Part shown: piece by piece, positions 1 through 13,328 of the stretch | Position numbering within the stretch: the first letter of the stretch is position 1 | How the letters are laid out: the number at the start of each line of letters is the position of its first letter | Assembly (NCBI GenBank): GCA_951406725.2 | Contig: OX597837.1 | Coordinates: 7,378,001 to 7,442,000, forward strand | DNA length: 64,000 nt | Source: Octopus vulgaris | Lineage: Eukaryota | Reading direction: 5' to 3' | Notes under the pieces: model-generated | Database searches by the model: none | The model's input: the letters and a program-made list of their open reading frames with translations, nothing else | What the model was told of the DNA's origin: nothing | Translations under genes and position numbers: made by a program

Positions 1-298
1 ACTTTTGCAAAAGACGACGGCTTCTTTATTGATCAACCGATTGATTGATTGATTGACTGATTGATTGATAGGTATTTGTTTCTAATCTCTGTAGTCTCTT
101 TCACCATTCTCTCTCTCTTCTCTTTTCTATGTTTTGATGCTCATGAGTAACCCCCCGCCCCTTCTTCGTCATTCTTGTACTCTGCTTCCTTATTCTACCC
201 ACTTTCCCACCCACTCACCCCATTTCTGTATATTCTTCGTTCTTCTTTGAGACTAATCTGCATCATTAGGGTTTTAGATGTTGAATGCAAGCTTGCTG

Positions 299-299
299 G

Positions 300-331
<32 letters not shown>

Positions 332-730
332 AAGAAAGAGAGACAGACAGACAGACAGAGAGAAAGAGAGAGAGAGAGAATTGGGCGAAGAAAAGAGAGA
401 GGGAGGGAAAGAAAGAGAAAGAGAGAGAGAATTTGGGTGAAGAGGGAAGGAGGGAGGGAGAGAGAGGGGGATTAGGAACAGAGAGACTAGTAGACAAGGA
501 GAAACAGAAAGAGATAGACTGTTTATGTGTGGGAGAGAGAGAGACTGATAAAAAGAGAAACAATCAGAGAGAGTGAGAGAGAGAGAGAAGGAGGGGGGAT
601 AGAGGTAGAGAGATAGACAGAGAAAGGCAAAGAGACAGACAGACAGTTAGAGCATGAAAGAGAGAGAGAGAGAAAGAAACAGCAAGTGTTTGAATGTGTG
701 CATGAAACAAAGAGAAAGAGACAAAGAGAG
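299..730. repeat. (GA)n/(GACA)n purine-rich compound microsatellite
   Basis: Long AG/GA runs on + strand; explains the RERE ORFs at 175-576. Confidence 0.9.
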
Positions 731-1205
731 ACGTGATCAATGATTAGGTGCACACACACACATACATACACACACACAAGTGGAGTGGGTTGGAGAAGAA
801 ATTGATAAACATCAATGAACAGCAGCAGGAACACACACACACACACATGCATATATACATCTATGCACACACACACAGCCATCGATTCCCCTTTTACTGC
901 AAATATTTATTCAATGGCATAAACAAACAAACAAACAAGAGTGTGCATACGTATGCAGGTGTCTGTGTGCTTATATATATATATATATATATATATTTAT
1001 TATATAGAAGGAGCTTCTACAGGAATATATATATATATATATATATATATACAAACACATACATACAGACACGACAAAATGGAATAAGCAAAGCAAGAGC
1101 ACACACAAAGATGAAAAGTGTCGCTGAGGAGGTCACAGAGGTGTGACAAAAGATTTCCGGACAATAGACATGACTTAGAATAAGAACAGCAATAAACGAG
1201 TCAAG

Positions 1206-1259
<54 letters not shown>

Positions 1260-1362
1260 TACATATATATATATACATACATATATATATATACATACAT
1301 ATATACATACATACATATATACATACATATATACATACATACATAAATACATAAATACATAC

Positions 1363-1394
<32 letters not shown>

Positions 1395-1418
1395 GCATGT
1401 GTGTGTATGTATGTATAT

Positions 1419-1639
1419 CTTTTATCGTTTACTTTGTTTCAGTGATTAGGCTGTGGCCATGCTGGGGCACCACGTTGAAGAATTTTTTAGTCAAATGGAT
1501 CAACCCCAGTACTTCTCTATCTCTTCTTTCATCCTACTACTAATTCTATCAGTGTCTTTTGCCGAACCACTAAGTTACAGGGATGTAAACACACCAACAG
1601 CAGTTGTCAAGCGGTTGTGACAGACAAACACAGTCCCTA

Positions 1640-1677
<38 letters not shown>

Positions 1678-1761
1678 TATGATGGGCTTCTTTCAGTTTC
1701 CGTCTATCAAATCCACTCACAAAGCTTTGGTTGGTCCGGGGGCAGAGTAGAAGACACTTGC
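1419..1761 (-). mobile_element. SINE family A (tRNA-derived, CORE-like), 5'-truncated
   Basis: Shares ttgtttcagt..gccatgctgg, aagttacagggatgtaaacac and ttctttcagtttccgtcta..aatccactcac blocks with full copies at 50134-50541 and 62786-63190. Confidence 0.85.
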
Positions 1762-2124
1762 GAATCCACCCACCCACCTACGCCCCCCTCCTATAATCAC
1801 AAAAGGGAAATAATATTCTTGGCCAGAATCCAAGGCCAGACATGTTTTGAGACAGACTGGAAACACAACGATGTCCTTATGTCAATACAAAGATGTATAA
1901 ATATGTAGCCATATTTTATGCACTATTTGTTTGTACGCATGAGTGTGTGTGTGTGTGTGTGTGGAGACAGAGCGAAAGAGAAGGAATATGTGTGTGTGGA
2001 GAGAGAGAGAAAGAGTGTGTGTGTGTGTGTGTGTGGTGAGTGAGAAAGGAGAGAAAGTGTGTGTGTGTGTGGAAGAAAGGGAATGTGAGTGTTTATGCAT
2101 GTGGAGAAAGAAAGTGGTCGCGTA

Positions 2125-2163
<39 letters not shown>

Positions 2164-2780
2164 CTAATGTGTGTGTTTCTGTGTGTGTATGTATAAGACC
2201 TATATAAATTAAAACCAAGTGCATTGAAACACACACAAACAAAACAACTGCAAGCGCACACACACAGGGATTACATAAATACACCAAACATTGATACACA
2301 CATTGACAAATACAGACACACACGTGTGCACAAAGAGAGATGTATACACTATATATATATACACACACACACATATCTGTATGAACACACTCACACAGGC
2401 AATGCCCCACACAAATACACACATGGACACTTACACACAGAGGGACACACAAAAGCACCAACGCAATTACAATAGCACCAAACTGTTTTACAATAAAACA
2501 TTAGCTCGTATCAACAACAGGATTGATTAAAGTAAATACACTATGCACAGCGGAGAGAGACTGTGTGTGTGTGCATGTGTACATGTGTATACATGCATCT
2601 GTGTATGTGAACAAATATGTGTGTGGGTGCACATGTTTGAGATGATAATATAGAGAGACATTTACAGTAGGTTCACACACATACAGACACACACTAGCCG
2701 AGAAACAAGATATAAGCCAGCTTGCTAATGGACTGATAAATATATACATACATATTATATAAGCACATATTAATATTTTC

Positions 2781-2816
<36 letters not shown>

Positions 2817-2821
2817 GCACG

Positions 2822-2861
<40 letters not shown>

Positions 2862-2979
2862 GAATGAGAGAGATCAATGCTTGGTAACACTGAATGGTGT
2901 TCCGGAATTTATAGATTTTAAAAGCAAGATGAGAGTTGACTTGCATCGACAGCAGTCTGACTGAGCGAAGCATATCCAA

Positions 2980-3158
2980 GTGTGTGTATGTAGGTGTGTG
3001 TATATATATGCATGTGTGTCTGTATATGTGTGTGTATACATATACAGATGTGTGTGTGTATGTATGAGTGTGTATACATATATACAGACGTCTGTGTGTA
3101 TGTATGAGTGTGTGCAAGTGTGTATTTATAAAATTGTGTGTATGTGTGTGTGTGTATG

Positions 3159-3193
<35 letters not shown>

Positions 3194-3335
3194 GTGTATA
3201 CAAGTATATGTATATAATTGTGCGTGTGTATCTGTGTGTGAATATATACATACACATATATATGTGTGTATATATATATATGTATATATATATATATGTG
3301 TATATATATGTGTGTGTATATAACTGTGCATGTGC

Positions 3336-3382
<47 letters not shown>

Positions 3383-3397
3383 TATACACGTGTGTAC

Positions 3398-3438
<41 letters not shown>

Positions 3439-3600
3439 CATACACATATACACGTGTGTACATATGCATATATATATATATATATATATATACATACACA
3501 TATATATATATACATACACATATACACGTGTGTACATATGCATATATATATATATATATATATATACAGATATAGGTGTATGTGTGTGTGTGTAAAAAGT
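2980..3600. repeat. Compound (TA)n/(TG)n/(CA)n microsatellite with repeated catatacacgtgtgtacata unit
   Basis: Direct reading; the unit recurs three times between 3381 and 3540. Confidence 0.9.
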
Positions 3601-4117
3601 GTGTATGTAGGCGTGTGTGAATTAGTGTGTGTTTATGACACTGCATCCAATAACATAAAATAACAACAGTGTGTAGGCTTAAAGTATCTAATAAACATTT
3701 AAAAAGGCAACAGCCAAAAAAACAAAAAAAAAAAAACTGATGAAGCACTCAATACAAATGTATCGTGTAAATATTCTATTTGAACAACAACAACAACACA
3801 CACAAAAAAAGATGTGTGTCTCTGTGTGTCTCTGTGTGCTTATGCATCCATAAAAAAGCAATGACTGTTACTTTGTCATAGTAAGGTATATATGAATATG
3901 AAATGTGTGTGTAGGTAGGAGTTAGAGACCACTGACTACTTCAGGGCATGATGACCCTGCCTGTTGGAAGTCTTAGGCTCAGCCAGCACCAGCTGAGGAG
4001 ACCTAGTGTGGGGCCTCATTCAGTATTACAGACCCCACCCTAACTTTATCAGCTGTCGTTAAAATATCCATGCTGTTTTAGAATACAAGGGCTCCCCTTT
4101 TTTTTGTGTGTCTGTAT

Positions 4118-4551
4118 CTTTTGTCGTTTCCTTGTTTCAGTTATTAGACTGCGGCCATGCTGGGGCACTGCTCTGAAGGATTTTTATTTGAATGGATCAA
4201 TGCCGGCCTTAATTTTTATTTCATGCCCGGTACTAATTCTGTCGGTCACTTTTGCCAAACTGCTAGGTTACAGGGACATAAACACACCAACACTGGTTGT
4301 CAAGCAGTGACGAGGGACAAACACAGACACAAACATATATATATATATATATATACATACATAGTTAATCCAAACAAGAAAACACAAAAAAACACAACAA
4401 CGCGAGGACGTGGAAAAAAATATAGTATTATTGGACGCTCAGGAAAGAAGGAAAGAAGGAGGGTTTAACGTTTTGTCGGAAACATAGGAGAAGGAATGTT
4501 CCCGAGAAGGGAAGTCAGAGGGAAAAAAATCGCCAACGGTACACACGAGGT

Positions 4552-4608
<57 letters not shown>

Positions 4609-4752
4609 ACACACACACATATGATAGGTTTCTTTCAGTTTCTGTCAACCAAATCGACTCAAGGCTTTTGCCTGCCTGGAGCTATAGTAGAGACACTTGT
4701 CCAAGGTGCCACACAGTGGGACTGAACCTACCACAAAGTCATGCCAATGTCT
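4118..4752 (-). mobile_element. SINE family A copy interrupted by a nested insertion
   Basis: Family A tail 4118-4335 and body 4620-4750 flank a foreign segment inside the internal (TA)n. Confidence 0.85.
4363..4555 (-). mobile_element. Short non-autonomous element, same family as 52464-52667 (Penelope-LTR-like), hammerhead-like stem II deleted
   Basis: Reverse complement aligns along its length with 52464-52667; bounded by (TA)n on both sides. Confidence 0.75.
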
Positions 4753-4918
4753 ATGGGATAGAGATCAACTCTTTTGATGCCATTTCTCTTGGTTCTATGG
4801 TACACAATCTGCTTCAAAGCTAATTTAAAATCTTACATTAAACATTTATTAACTCTTTTGGTACAAACTACCTTTATCTTCATTTACATTCCAAACACCA
4901 GCTTAGCTTAACATTTAA

Positions 4919-5138
4919 CCCTTCCGTTACCGTATTTATATTGAGATGCTCTGTTTCTTTCAATTTATTTTGAATATAACAAAGAATTTAGTAAAATAAC
5001 TTTGTTATCATTAAGCTAGTTTTAGGAACATAAATTGTGATTAAGGTTTGGTGGAAGATTTTAATTCAAAACTTATGAAAATAAGACATCTGTACTACAG
5101 AGCCAGAGGCCGTTTCAGCCAGGTTGGTATCAAAAGGG
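4919..5138. mobile_element. piggyBac-type MITE
   Basis: TTAA-CCCTT...AAAAGGG-TTTA termini; homologous copies at 5171-5389, 26683-26964 (split) and 32322-32544. Confidence 0.75.
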
Positions 5139-5170
5139 TTTAAGAATTGTTTCTCTATTATATACTTTAA

Positions 5171-5389
5171 TCCTTTTGTAACCATATATCTACAGAGATG
5201 CTCTGTGTTTCTTTCAATTAATTTCAAATATAACAAAGAATTTAGTAAAATAACTTAGTTATCATTAAAGCTGGTGTGACATAAATTGTGACTAAGGTTT
5301 GGCGAAGGACTTTAATTCAAAACTTATGAAGACAAGACATCTGTACTACAGAGCCAGTGCTGGTTTCAGCCGCATTGGTAACAAAAGGG
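5171..5389. mobile_element. piggyBac-type MITE, tandem second copy
   Basis: TTAA at 5167-5170 and 5390-5393; imperfect TIR tccttttgtaacc / ggtaacaaaaggg; similar to 4919-5138 throughout. Confidence 0.75.
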
Positions 5390-5920
5390 TTAAACCAGCC
5401 ACATTCACTATAAATAAATATTCTATTTGTTCAGAGGACATGGTTGCACATTTGGGACCCCTGCATCTGTGGGACCAGGTGTGGGATTTCATTACAGCCT
5501 CAACCGTGGCCAACTCTCAGATGTAGACAGCGTTTGTGAGGGACGCGATGAAATTGCTCAACCTACCCTGGGTGAATGCTGCCACAGGTACAAATGCAAA
5601 TATTCTACCCCATTTTTTATGTTCAAACCATCCAGATACAGACTTTCATACCTGCCCTACAATGCCTTTCTAAAAATAAACAGTCACATTTATACACACA
5701 TACAAATACACACACATACATATATACATATGTGTATATATAATATATATACACACATACATGTATATATATATATATGTCTACATATGCACACATTCAC
5801 ACCTGTGTGTGTGTGCACGTGTGTCCTTCCTTGTTTAAATCAGTGAAATCTAATTCAAAGGAGATTTGGTTGCTATGTCTAGCAATACCACAGAATTGAA
5901 CATGCTCTCTCTCTCTCTTC

Positions 5921-6020
<100 letters not shown>

Positions 6021-6267
6021 TTGTTTACATTATTTACATTTGAGAGATAGTTATCCTCATCTTGTTTGTTAATAACATGATTCGGCTGATATACCCTCCA
6101 GCCTTCATCAGGTGTCTTGGCGGATATTTTGAACCTGGGTTCTCATTCCTAATGTATTTTTCAATGTTATTATTAATATTATTATTATTATTCAGGTCGC
6201 TGCCTGGAATCGAACCCGGAATCTTGGGGTTAGTAGCCCGCGCTCTTAACCATTACGCCATATGCCC
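6021..6267 (-). mobile_element. SINE family F: tRNA-like head plus degenerate hammerhead-like 3' module
   Basis: Minus strand GGGCATATGGCGTAATGG (A box)...GGTTCGATTCC (B box), (AAT)n linker, then CTGATGA-A-GGCTG-loop-CAGCC-GAATC. Confidence 0.75.
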
Positions 6268-8144
6268 ATGAGCACATATATATACATATATATATTACAT
6301 ATTTGTGTGTACATGTGTGGCTGTAGCTATATTATCAAAGTGTCCTTCGATTTCTTAAGACAGCAGGTGTGATTTGAGGTAGCTATGACTGCTATTTCTG
6401 AGAAGTCGAGTGACTATGTAGAGTATTTTCTCCCATTCAGTAGTTGTAGTAGTAGAAGTAGTAGTAACAGCAGCAGCAGCGGTTGCATATAAAGCTGCTG
6501 CAGACAACAGAGGAAGACAAGCGGCAAGTGCAGCAGCAGCAACAGCAACGCCAACATCAGCACCGGTAGCGCCATCTATACTGCAACTACTATAAAACTA
6601 GAAGGTGGGAGTGGGGGTTGGTGAGAGGAGGTGAGGGTAAGCGTGAAATCTATGGAAAGCAACAACAAAAAAAAAGAAAAAATGTGTGAAGTGCGGGTGT
6701 GGTGGGGGGTGAGATAGAGAATATGTGTATGTAGATGATAGTGTATGAATATGTGTATGTGTGTGTGTGTGTGCGGAAATGTGCTCGTTACTGTGTGTGA
6801 GTGTGTGTGTGTGTCACTATGTGAAAAGCACCAATAAATGCGCAGAATTTTTCTATGATGTTCATACTGTTCATATATACATATACACACATGTACACAA
6901 ACACACATACATACATGCACAAACACACACATGTACACAAATACACACACATACACAAACAAACATACATACATGTACACAAACACACACACACATGTAC
7001 ACAAACACACACATACATACATGTACACAAACACACACACACACATACATACATGTACACAAACACACACACACACACACACACACATGTACACGCATAC
7101 ATATGTAATATATATAATCAGCAATTTATGTGTGTATGTATGCGGATGTGTGTGTGTGTGTGTGTAATGTGAAATTTATGTGTTGAATGTGTCTCTCTCT
7201 CTCTCTCTCAGTAACTTAGCAGTTTGGCAACAAGAAATTGATAGAAAAAGTACAAGGCTTCAAAAAAACAAAAAATTAAAATGTAATGGGGTCAGATCAT
7301 TCACCCCAGCATGGGTGCAATCTGATGACTGGAACAAGATTACACACACACACAAAGTAAGCACAAGGTGGAATAAATAGTACTCAAATACCAAAGGCAG
7401 AATAACATACTATTCATTAAAGCTGAAGATTTGTGAAAACTTTTTCGGCTTTCATAAATAGGATATATACATAAATATGTGCCCCAGCATGGCCACAGCT
7501 CGTGAGCTGAAACTAGATGAAATAAAAAAATGTGTGTGTGTGTGACCACATCATCATTATCATCATCCAGTGTATTAAATCTGTTGTATTGTCCCTGTTA
7601 ACGGGGGTGGCCAGATCTACCTCAATGCCATAGCAACTGAGGTAACACATCCTCCACTTACAAATGACCATGACTTAGAAGTCTCATGTAGTTAGCCCTT
7701 AATTCTACATCTGGCCCCTACGTAATCTGAAATGGATACCGATATACCAACACCTACTCAACTCATTTGGCCCTCTTACCCTAAAACTCAATGGTACCTC
7801 AAATGCACGACTCCTAAAAGTAGGGAGAAGATTCCACTCCAACACAATCACTACAACACGGTTTTATCGTTCCTGGAAGAATGAAAGAAAAGCAAAGCCG
7901 ACCCCTTTGGAATCCTAGAATCCTCAAGTCAAGATGTAAGGAGTTTCAGTAGATACTGCAAGGTGTTTTGTCTGACATGCTGAGAATTCTATCCTTCTTT
8001 TTATCTCCTCTCACCGTTTCCTTTTCTTCCCATTCTCTCCTGAACTTTCTTCCAATCTTTGACAAAGAACTAAGTCCGAAATGTCATGCTTTTATTTGAT
8101 AATTTTTAATCATTCCTTGAGCATCAACCTAATAATATGAAGAG

Positions 8145-8375
8145 GGCGGCAAACTGGCAGAATCGTTAGCACGCCGGGCGAAATGCTTAGCGGTATTTTG
8201 GCTGCCTTTATGTTCTGAGTTCAAATTCTGCCGAGGTCGACTTTGCCCTTCATCCTTTCGGAGTCGATAAATTAAGCACCAGTTACGCACTGGTGTCGAT
8301 GTAACCGACTTATGCCCTTTGTCTGTCCTTGTTTGTCCCCTCTGTGTTTAGCCCCCTGTGGGCAATAAAGAAATA
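8145..8375 (+). mobile_element. SINE family B, full length, tail type 1
   Basis: Head ggcggcaaactggcagaatcgttagc, B-box-like gagttcaaattc, central gcccttcatcctttcggagtcgataaa; TSD aatatgaagag at 8134-8144 and 8376-8386. Confidence 0.9.
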
Positions 8376-8634
8376 AATATGAAGAGGGTAAGTCCCAGAG
8401 ACTTTTGCTGGTTTCCTTTATTTGTTGTGTGTGTGTGTGTGTGTATGTGTTTGAGAGTGCATGGGGTGCATCTTGACATGGTGTGGAAGTTGTGAACAAG
8501 TGCCACCATCAGATGAGCAAATGTCATTCATTTCCAATTTTCTGTAAAAACACATCTGACCAAGGGGACAGTTTTACCTTGCTTGGAAACAAGAGAGGGT
8601 TAGCCACAGAAACAGCATCCAGCCCTGGAAAAGT

Positions 8635-10392
8635 CCACTTTATATGATGAGACCTCATAGAAGGAGAAAGTAAGAAATCTGGTGTTTGTGGGGCCCTGAT
8701 TAATCAGGATCAGGTGAAAAATTTACAATAGGGTCAGCTATCGCTATTTGGTGGTAGTCCCCAAAACAACTAGTTTCAGACCCATTTTCAGTGGCTGGAT
8801 CACAGCAGTGAACATTGGTACTTGTCCGGGGGTCAAACTAAATGACCACCTCGGGGAACTGTTTCGTATCACACGTTTGATCTATAAGAGGTGTCCTCCC
8901 TCATTTCTTCTATATAGACTGGTACCGGAGCCATCACTGCAAATGCTGGTGCTTTTAAAGGGGCATTCCTCTTGAACTATGAACTGTGGAGAATGGTGTT
9001 GGTTTATGCAGATGTCATCACTGTAATGGTATCAGACTCCACCGAATTTCAGGCAGTCGATTCCATTGCAAAAAAAATACAAAGTGATGACAGACAAGTC
9101 ACCAAGTCTACACCATTGTAAAGTATATGAGGTCACTGGACAAACAGACGAGTTAAATTGCTTGGGGTCTGGTTAAGTCTGGAACCCCAAGTGAACAGGA
9201 ACTGGGACATGGTTGTAAGTAGGGTAACCGACCTCACTTAAAAATAGACTGGGAGAAGACTATCCCTGAAGGGCCAAGCGGAGGTGGTGAATGCCTACAT
9301 TGCTTCAGTTAATAACTCTCTGACCATTATACTGACCATTATACAGGGAAAATCTAGGTGTCGATGAGGATGAACTACCATTGTTCTGAAGGACATTTGG
9401 GTCCAGTACTATGATGGACAGCTTCCAGAAACCCCTGACCTGACCATGCTACCTTTGCTTTAGTGCAGTCCTTCTGGGGAAAATCTAGGTGGTGATGAGG
9501 ATGTACTAATGTTGTTCTGAAGGACATTTGGGTCCAGTACTATGATGGATAGCTCCCAGAAACCCCTGACCTGACCATGCTACCTTTGTTTCAGTCCAGT
9601 CCTTCTGGGAAAAATCTAGGTGGTGATGAGGATGTACTAATGTTGTTCTGAAGGGACATTTGGGTCCAGTACTATGGTGGATAACTTCCAGATATCCTTG
9701 ACCTGACCTGACAATGATAACAGGTAAAGACTGCCCAAGATGCATACACAGCCATGAATTTGTACTTCATAAACACAGTGTCTGAGCGTTGCTAACTTGT
9801 GGAGTTATGTCAGTCGAATATGGCTATCACCTGAATCAATTATGAGGATCACTCCACTACCAACCTTTAACAAGGCAGGGCAGGCGATGCTCCTCTGTCT
9901 AGTGGCTATGGTGAACAACGTTGTTTGGGTGAACGAGGCTCAAAGGATCAAGGAAAGACATCTTCATTCTCGGTCAAGCTCTCAGCAAATTTTCAAGTTG
10001 TATTTCAAAAGGAAAGCGATGATGGAGAAGGAAGTGCTACCTCCCAGTAAATTTGAAACAAGGTGGGTTATGGCAGCAAGAATGGTTAGATTGAATGGGC
10101 CTACTCTAAGCAAGCACCTGTAGATTGGAGATCAACAGTTGGGTGAGGAGTCATGCTCTTGGTGGTCAGGGTGATCCTAGTTCTATTGTGCAACCAGGTT
10201 ACCCCCAGTTGGAGATTCCCCTGTATCAGGAGTATTGCATCATACATGTGTTCACATATTTTGTATACTTTTATCTATTTTCACCCTCCTTTCCCTTTCC
10301 TCCCCCATCTTTTATGTACCCCACACCCCACAAATTGTAAATTGTTCCTGTAATGTCCCTCTCATTTGATACCCCTGTGGCAAATAAAAGAT
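8635..10392 (+). mobile_element. Decayed L1/Tx1-clade LINE ORF2 (RT to C-terminus) with 3' UTR
   Basis: Degenerate motifs in the expected order: ALINQDQVK/YNRV (D.KAFDRV), KRCPPSFLLY..PEP (QGCPLSPLLY..EP), YADV at 9005-9016, LLGVW, RRLSLKGQAEVVN, CPRC knuckle, FETRW; stops and frameshifts; AATAAA near 10383. Confidence 0.8.
9346..9712. repeat. 131-bp tandem repeat, about 2.8 copies, inside the LINE remnant
   Basis: aaatctagg recurs at 9350, 9481 and 9612. Confidence 0.9.
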
Positions 10393-10562
10393 TTAAGTGT
10401 CTTGCAAACAACTTGTACTTGCAAGTGCTACCAGTCGAGAACTTCGCATACCGGAAGCCAGCAAGTGTATGGGGTCATCAGGAGAGAATGCAACCATTTC
10501 GGGGCCTACCTCTTGACGGCATCAATGTGCACTGGCCCCACTCACTGATATGATTATCATTA

Positions 10563-10692
10563 AAGTGGTGAGCTGGCAGAATCAGTAGCTTGTCAGACAA
10601 AATGCTTAGCCACATTCTATTTGTCTTCAAGTTCTGAGTTCAAATTCCAATGAGGTCAACTTTGCCTTTCATCCTTTCTGGGTTGATATAAT
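10563..10692 (+). mobile_element. SINE family B 5' fragment
   Basis: gtggtgagctggcagaatc...ttctgagttcaaattcc...tttgcctttcatcctttc. Confidence 0.8.
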
Positions 10693-10694
10693 AG

Positions 10695-10771
10695 ACAGAT
10701 GGATGGATGGATGAATGAATGGATGGATAGATAATAAATAGACAGAAAGATAACTAGATAGATAACTAGAC

Positions 10772-10802
<31 letters not shown>

Positions 10803-10803
10803 C

Positions 10804-10888
<85 letters not shown>

Positions 10889-10889
10889 T

Positions 10890-10925
<36 letters not shown>

Positions 10926-10950
10926 GTAGGTAGATCGATAATAAATAAAC

Positions 10951-11001
<51 letters not shown>

Positions 11002-11010
11002 CAGATAGAT
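10695..11010. repeat. (GATA)n tetranucleotide array with (GATG)n/(GACA)n variants
   Basis: Direct reading; related degenerate arrays continue at 11330-12340. Confidence 0.95.
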
Positions 11011-11679
11011 AACAGGGAGATTCCATTATAATAAAAACAAAAAACAGAAGCATGTAGCTAAGCTTATTGTGAAATATTAACTGCTTATAAACAATTAAAT
11101 GATTGGGTAAGCAGGTTGTCATTCACTCAATTGTTGTGATGAGTGTTAAAGCTTGTTTGTCTGTCTGTATGTCTGTCTCTCTCTCTTTCTCTCTCTCTCT
11201 GGTATTGATGGAATATGGTTAGAAGTGGTTGGAGGGCAGTGGGGGGGGGGGCAGACAGATGACTGAGCAGAAAGGATTGTGAAGTGTCTGGAAGGGGAAC
11301 AAGGCAAAGGAAGACAGCTCAGAGGTGAATAGAGAGAGAGAGACGAGCAGATGGATTGATGGAGGAATAGACGAAAAGACACAGAGAGAGAGAGAGAGAT
11401 AGAGAGGAGACAGATAAACAGAGAGAGAGTAAGGAGAGATAGAGATACACAACCATGGATGGATGGATAGATAGATACAAATACATAGAGAGAGAGGGGG
11501 AGAGAAACAAGCTGATATATACATAGAGATAGATAGATAGATGGTCATATGTATGTGTGTATGTATATATATATAGAGACAGATAGATAGATAGGTAGAC
11601 AGATTGATAGATAGATGGATAGCTAGATAGATAGATAGATAGATAGATAAATGGGTAAATATGTAAAGAGACAGGCATG

Positions 11680-11715
<36 letters not shown>

Positions 11716-11878
11716 GTGTGTGTGCATGTGTGATATAAGATAGATAGGAGAACAGTGAGGAAGAGATAGACATAGATTGATTGACAGACAGATACAGGGA
11801 TAAATATGTAGATAAAGAGACTGCTAGACACACACACACACATATATATGTGTGTGTATTTATATATATATATATATT

Positions 11879-11942
<64 letters not shown>

Positions 11943-12287
11943 CTGTGTGTGAGAGCATGCCTGATAGAAGATACTAGACAGAGTGAGACAGAGGAAGAGA
12001 TTGACAAATACCAGAATAGTGAAGGAAAGAGATAGGTAGATAGATAAATAGACAGACAGATAGAGAGAGAAACAGACTGATAGATAAATAGATAGATAGA
12101 TAAATAGACAGAGAGAGAGAGAAACAGGCTGATAGATAGATAGACAGAGAGGAGGGGAGAAACAGGCTGATCTATACATAAATAGAGATAGATAGATAAA
12201 TAGATAGATGGTCATATGTATGTGTGTGTGTGTGTGTGCATATATATATACACACATACACACATATGTACACACATACATATGCAA

Positions 12288-12318
<31 letters not shown>

Positions 12319-12886
12319 TACATGGGCAGACAGAGAAACAGGGACTGATAGATCAAAAAGGAAAAATGTTCAATGGAAAAGGAATTTGAAAAATGGTAAA
12401 GAGTTGATAGCGGTAGTAGTAGCAGTAGTAGTAATAGCAATTGTAGTAGTAGTAGTAGTAGTAACAAGCGAAGTAGAAGTAGCAGTGATAGTAGCAAAGT
12501 GGGAATAATGATAAGAGGAACGGGTAGAGGTAGTTATGTATTTATCAAGAAATTTGAATAATGGTCGTGAAACAAGGAACGGCGCAATGTAGCTGAAATC
12601 TACGTTTTTGAAAATCGCAGTCGGATACACACACACAGACACATATATATATATATACACAGATGCAGATGCAGAGATACAGTGGCACTCGCAGACACGC
12701 AGATTCATAAGAGATTCTAGTTTGTTCTTTGTTCTTAAAGACTGGTTCCTCTCATTGATGGAGCAGGCCATTATGGAACCAACTGCGACGAGAATAACTT
12801 GAGAATAATGGTTTTAGAAGCGAGAGTGATATAATTCCTCTCATATCCTTCTCTATCTCACAGTATGGAAAAATATGTGTGTATGA

Positions 12887-12921
<35 letters not shown>

Positions 12922-13123
12922 GTGTGTATATATATATATATATATTATATGTATATATACACACATATATACTGAGTTTTATAGGGATGGGTTTATCTCC
13001 AAAATGGAAACGTCACAGGATTGATGAGAGAAAGAAGCGGGGTATGGATGAAAGATATAAATATATATGAGTGTGTGTATATGTCTTTGTAACATACACA
13101 CGCATAGATATACATACATATAC

Positions 13124-13157
<34 letters not shown>

Positions 13158-13266
13158 ATACATATAAAGAGAACGTGCTTTTCATGTCTTCATATCAAAA
13201 TAATTATTGTAGATATTAATAATCTAATCCTTTCTATATACATTCATATCTGTGTTTCTATGTATG

Positions 13267-13328
<62 letters not shown>

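Noticed and set aside
6194-6267. tRNA gene (anticodon ACT)
   Set aside because: Acceptor stem does not pair well and the head runs into a repeat body; treated as a SINE head. Same for the heads at 25895 and 60610.
10425-10490. Minus-strand CTGATGA...CATAC/GTATG...CGAAG hammerhead-like string
   Set aside because: No GAAA, stem II is offset from the core, and no convincing stems I and III.
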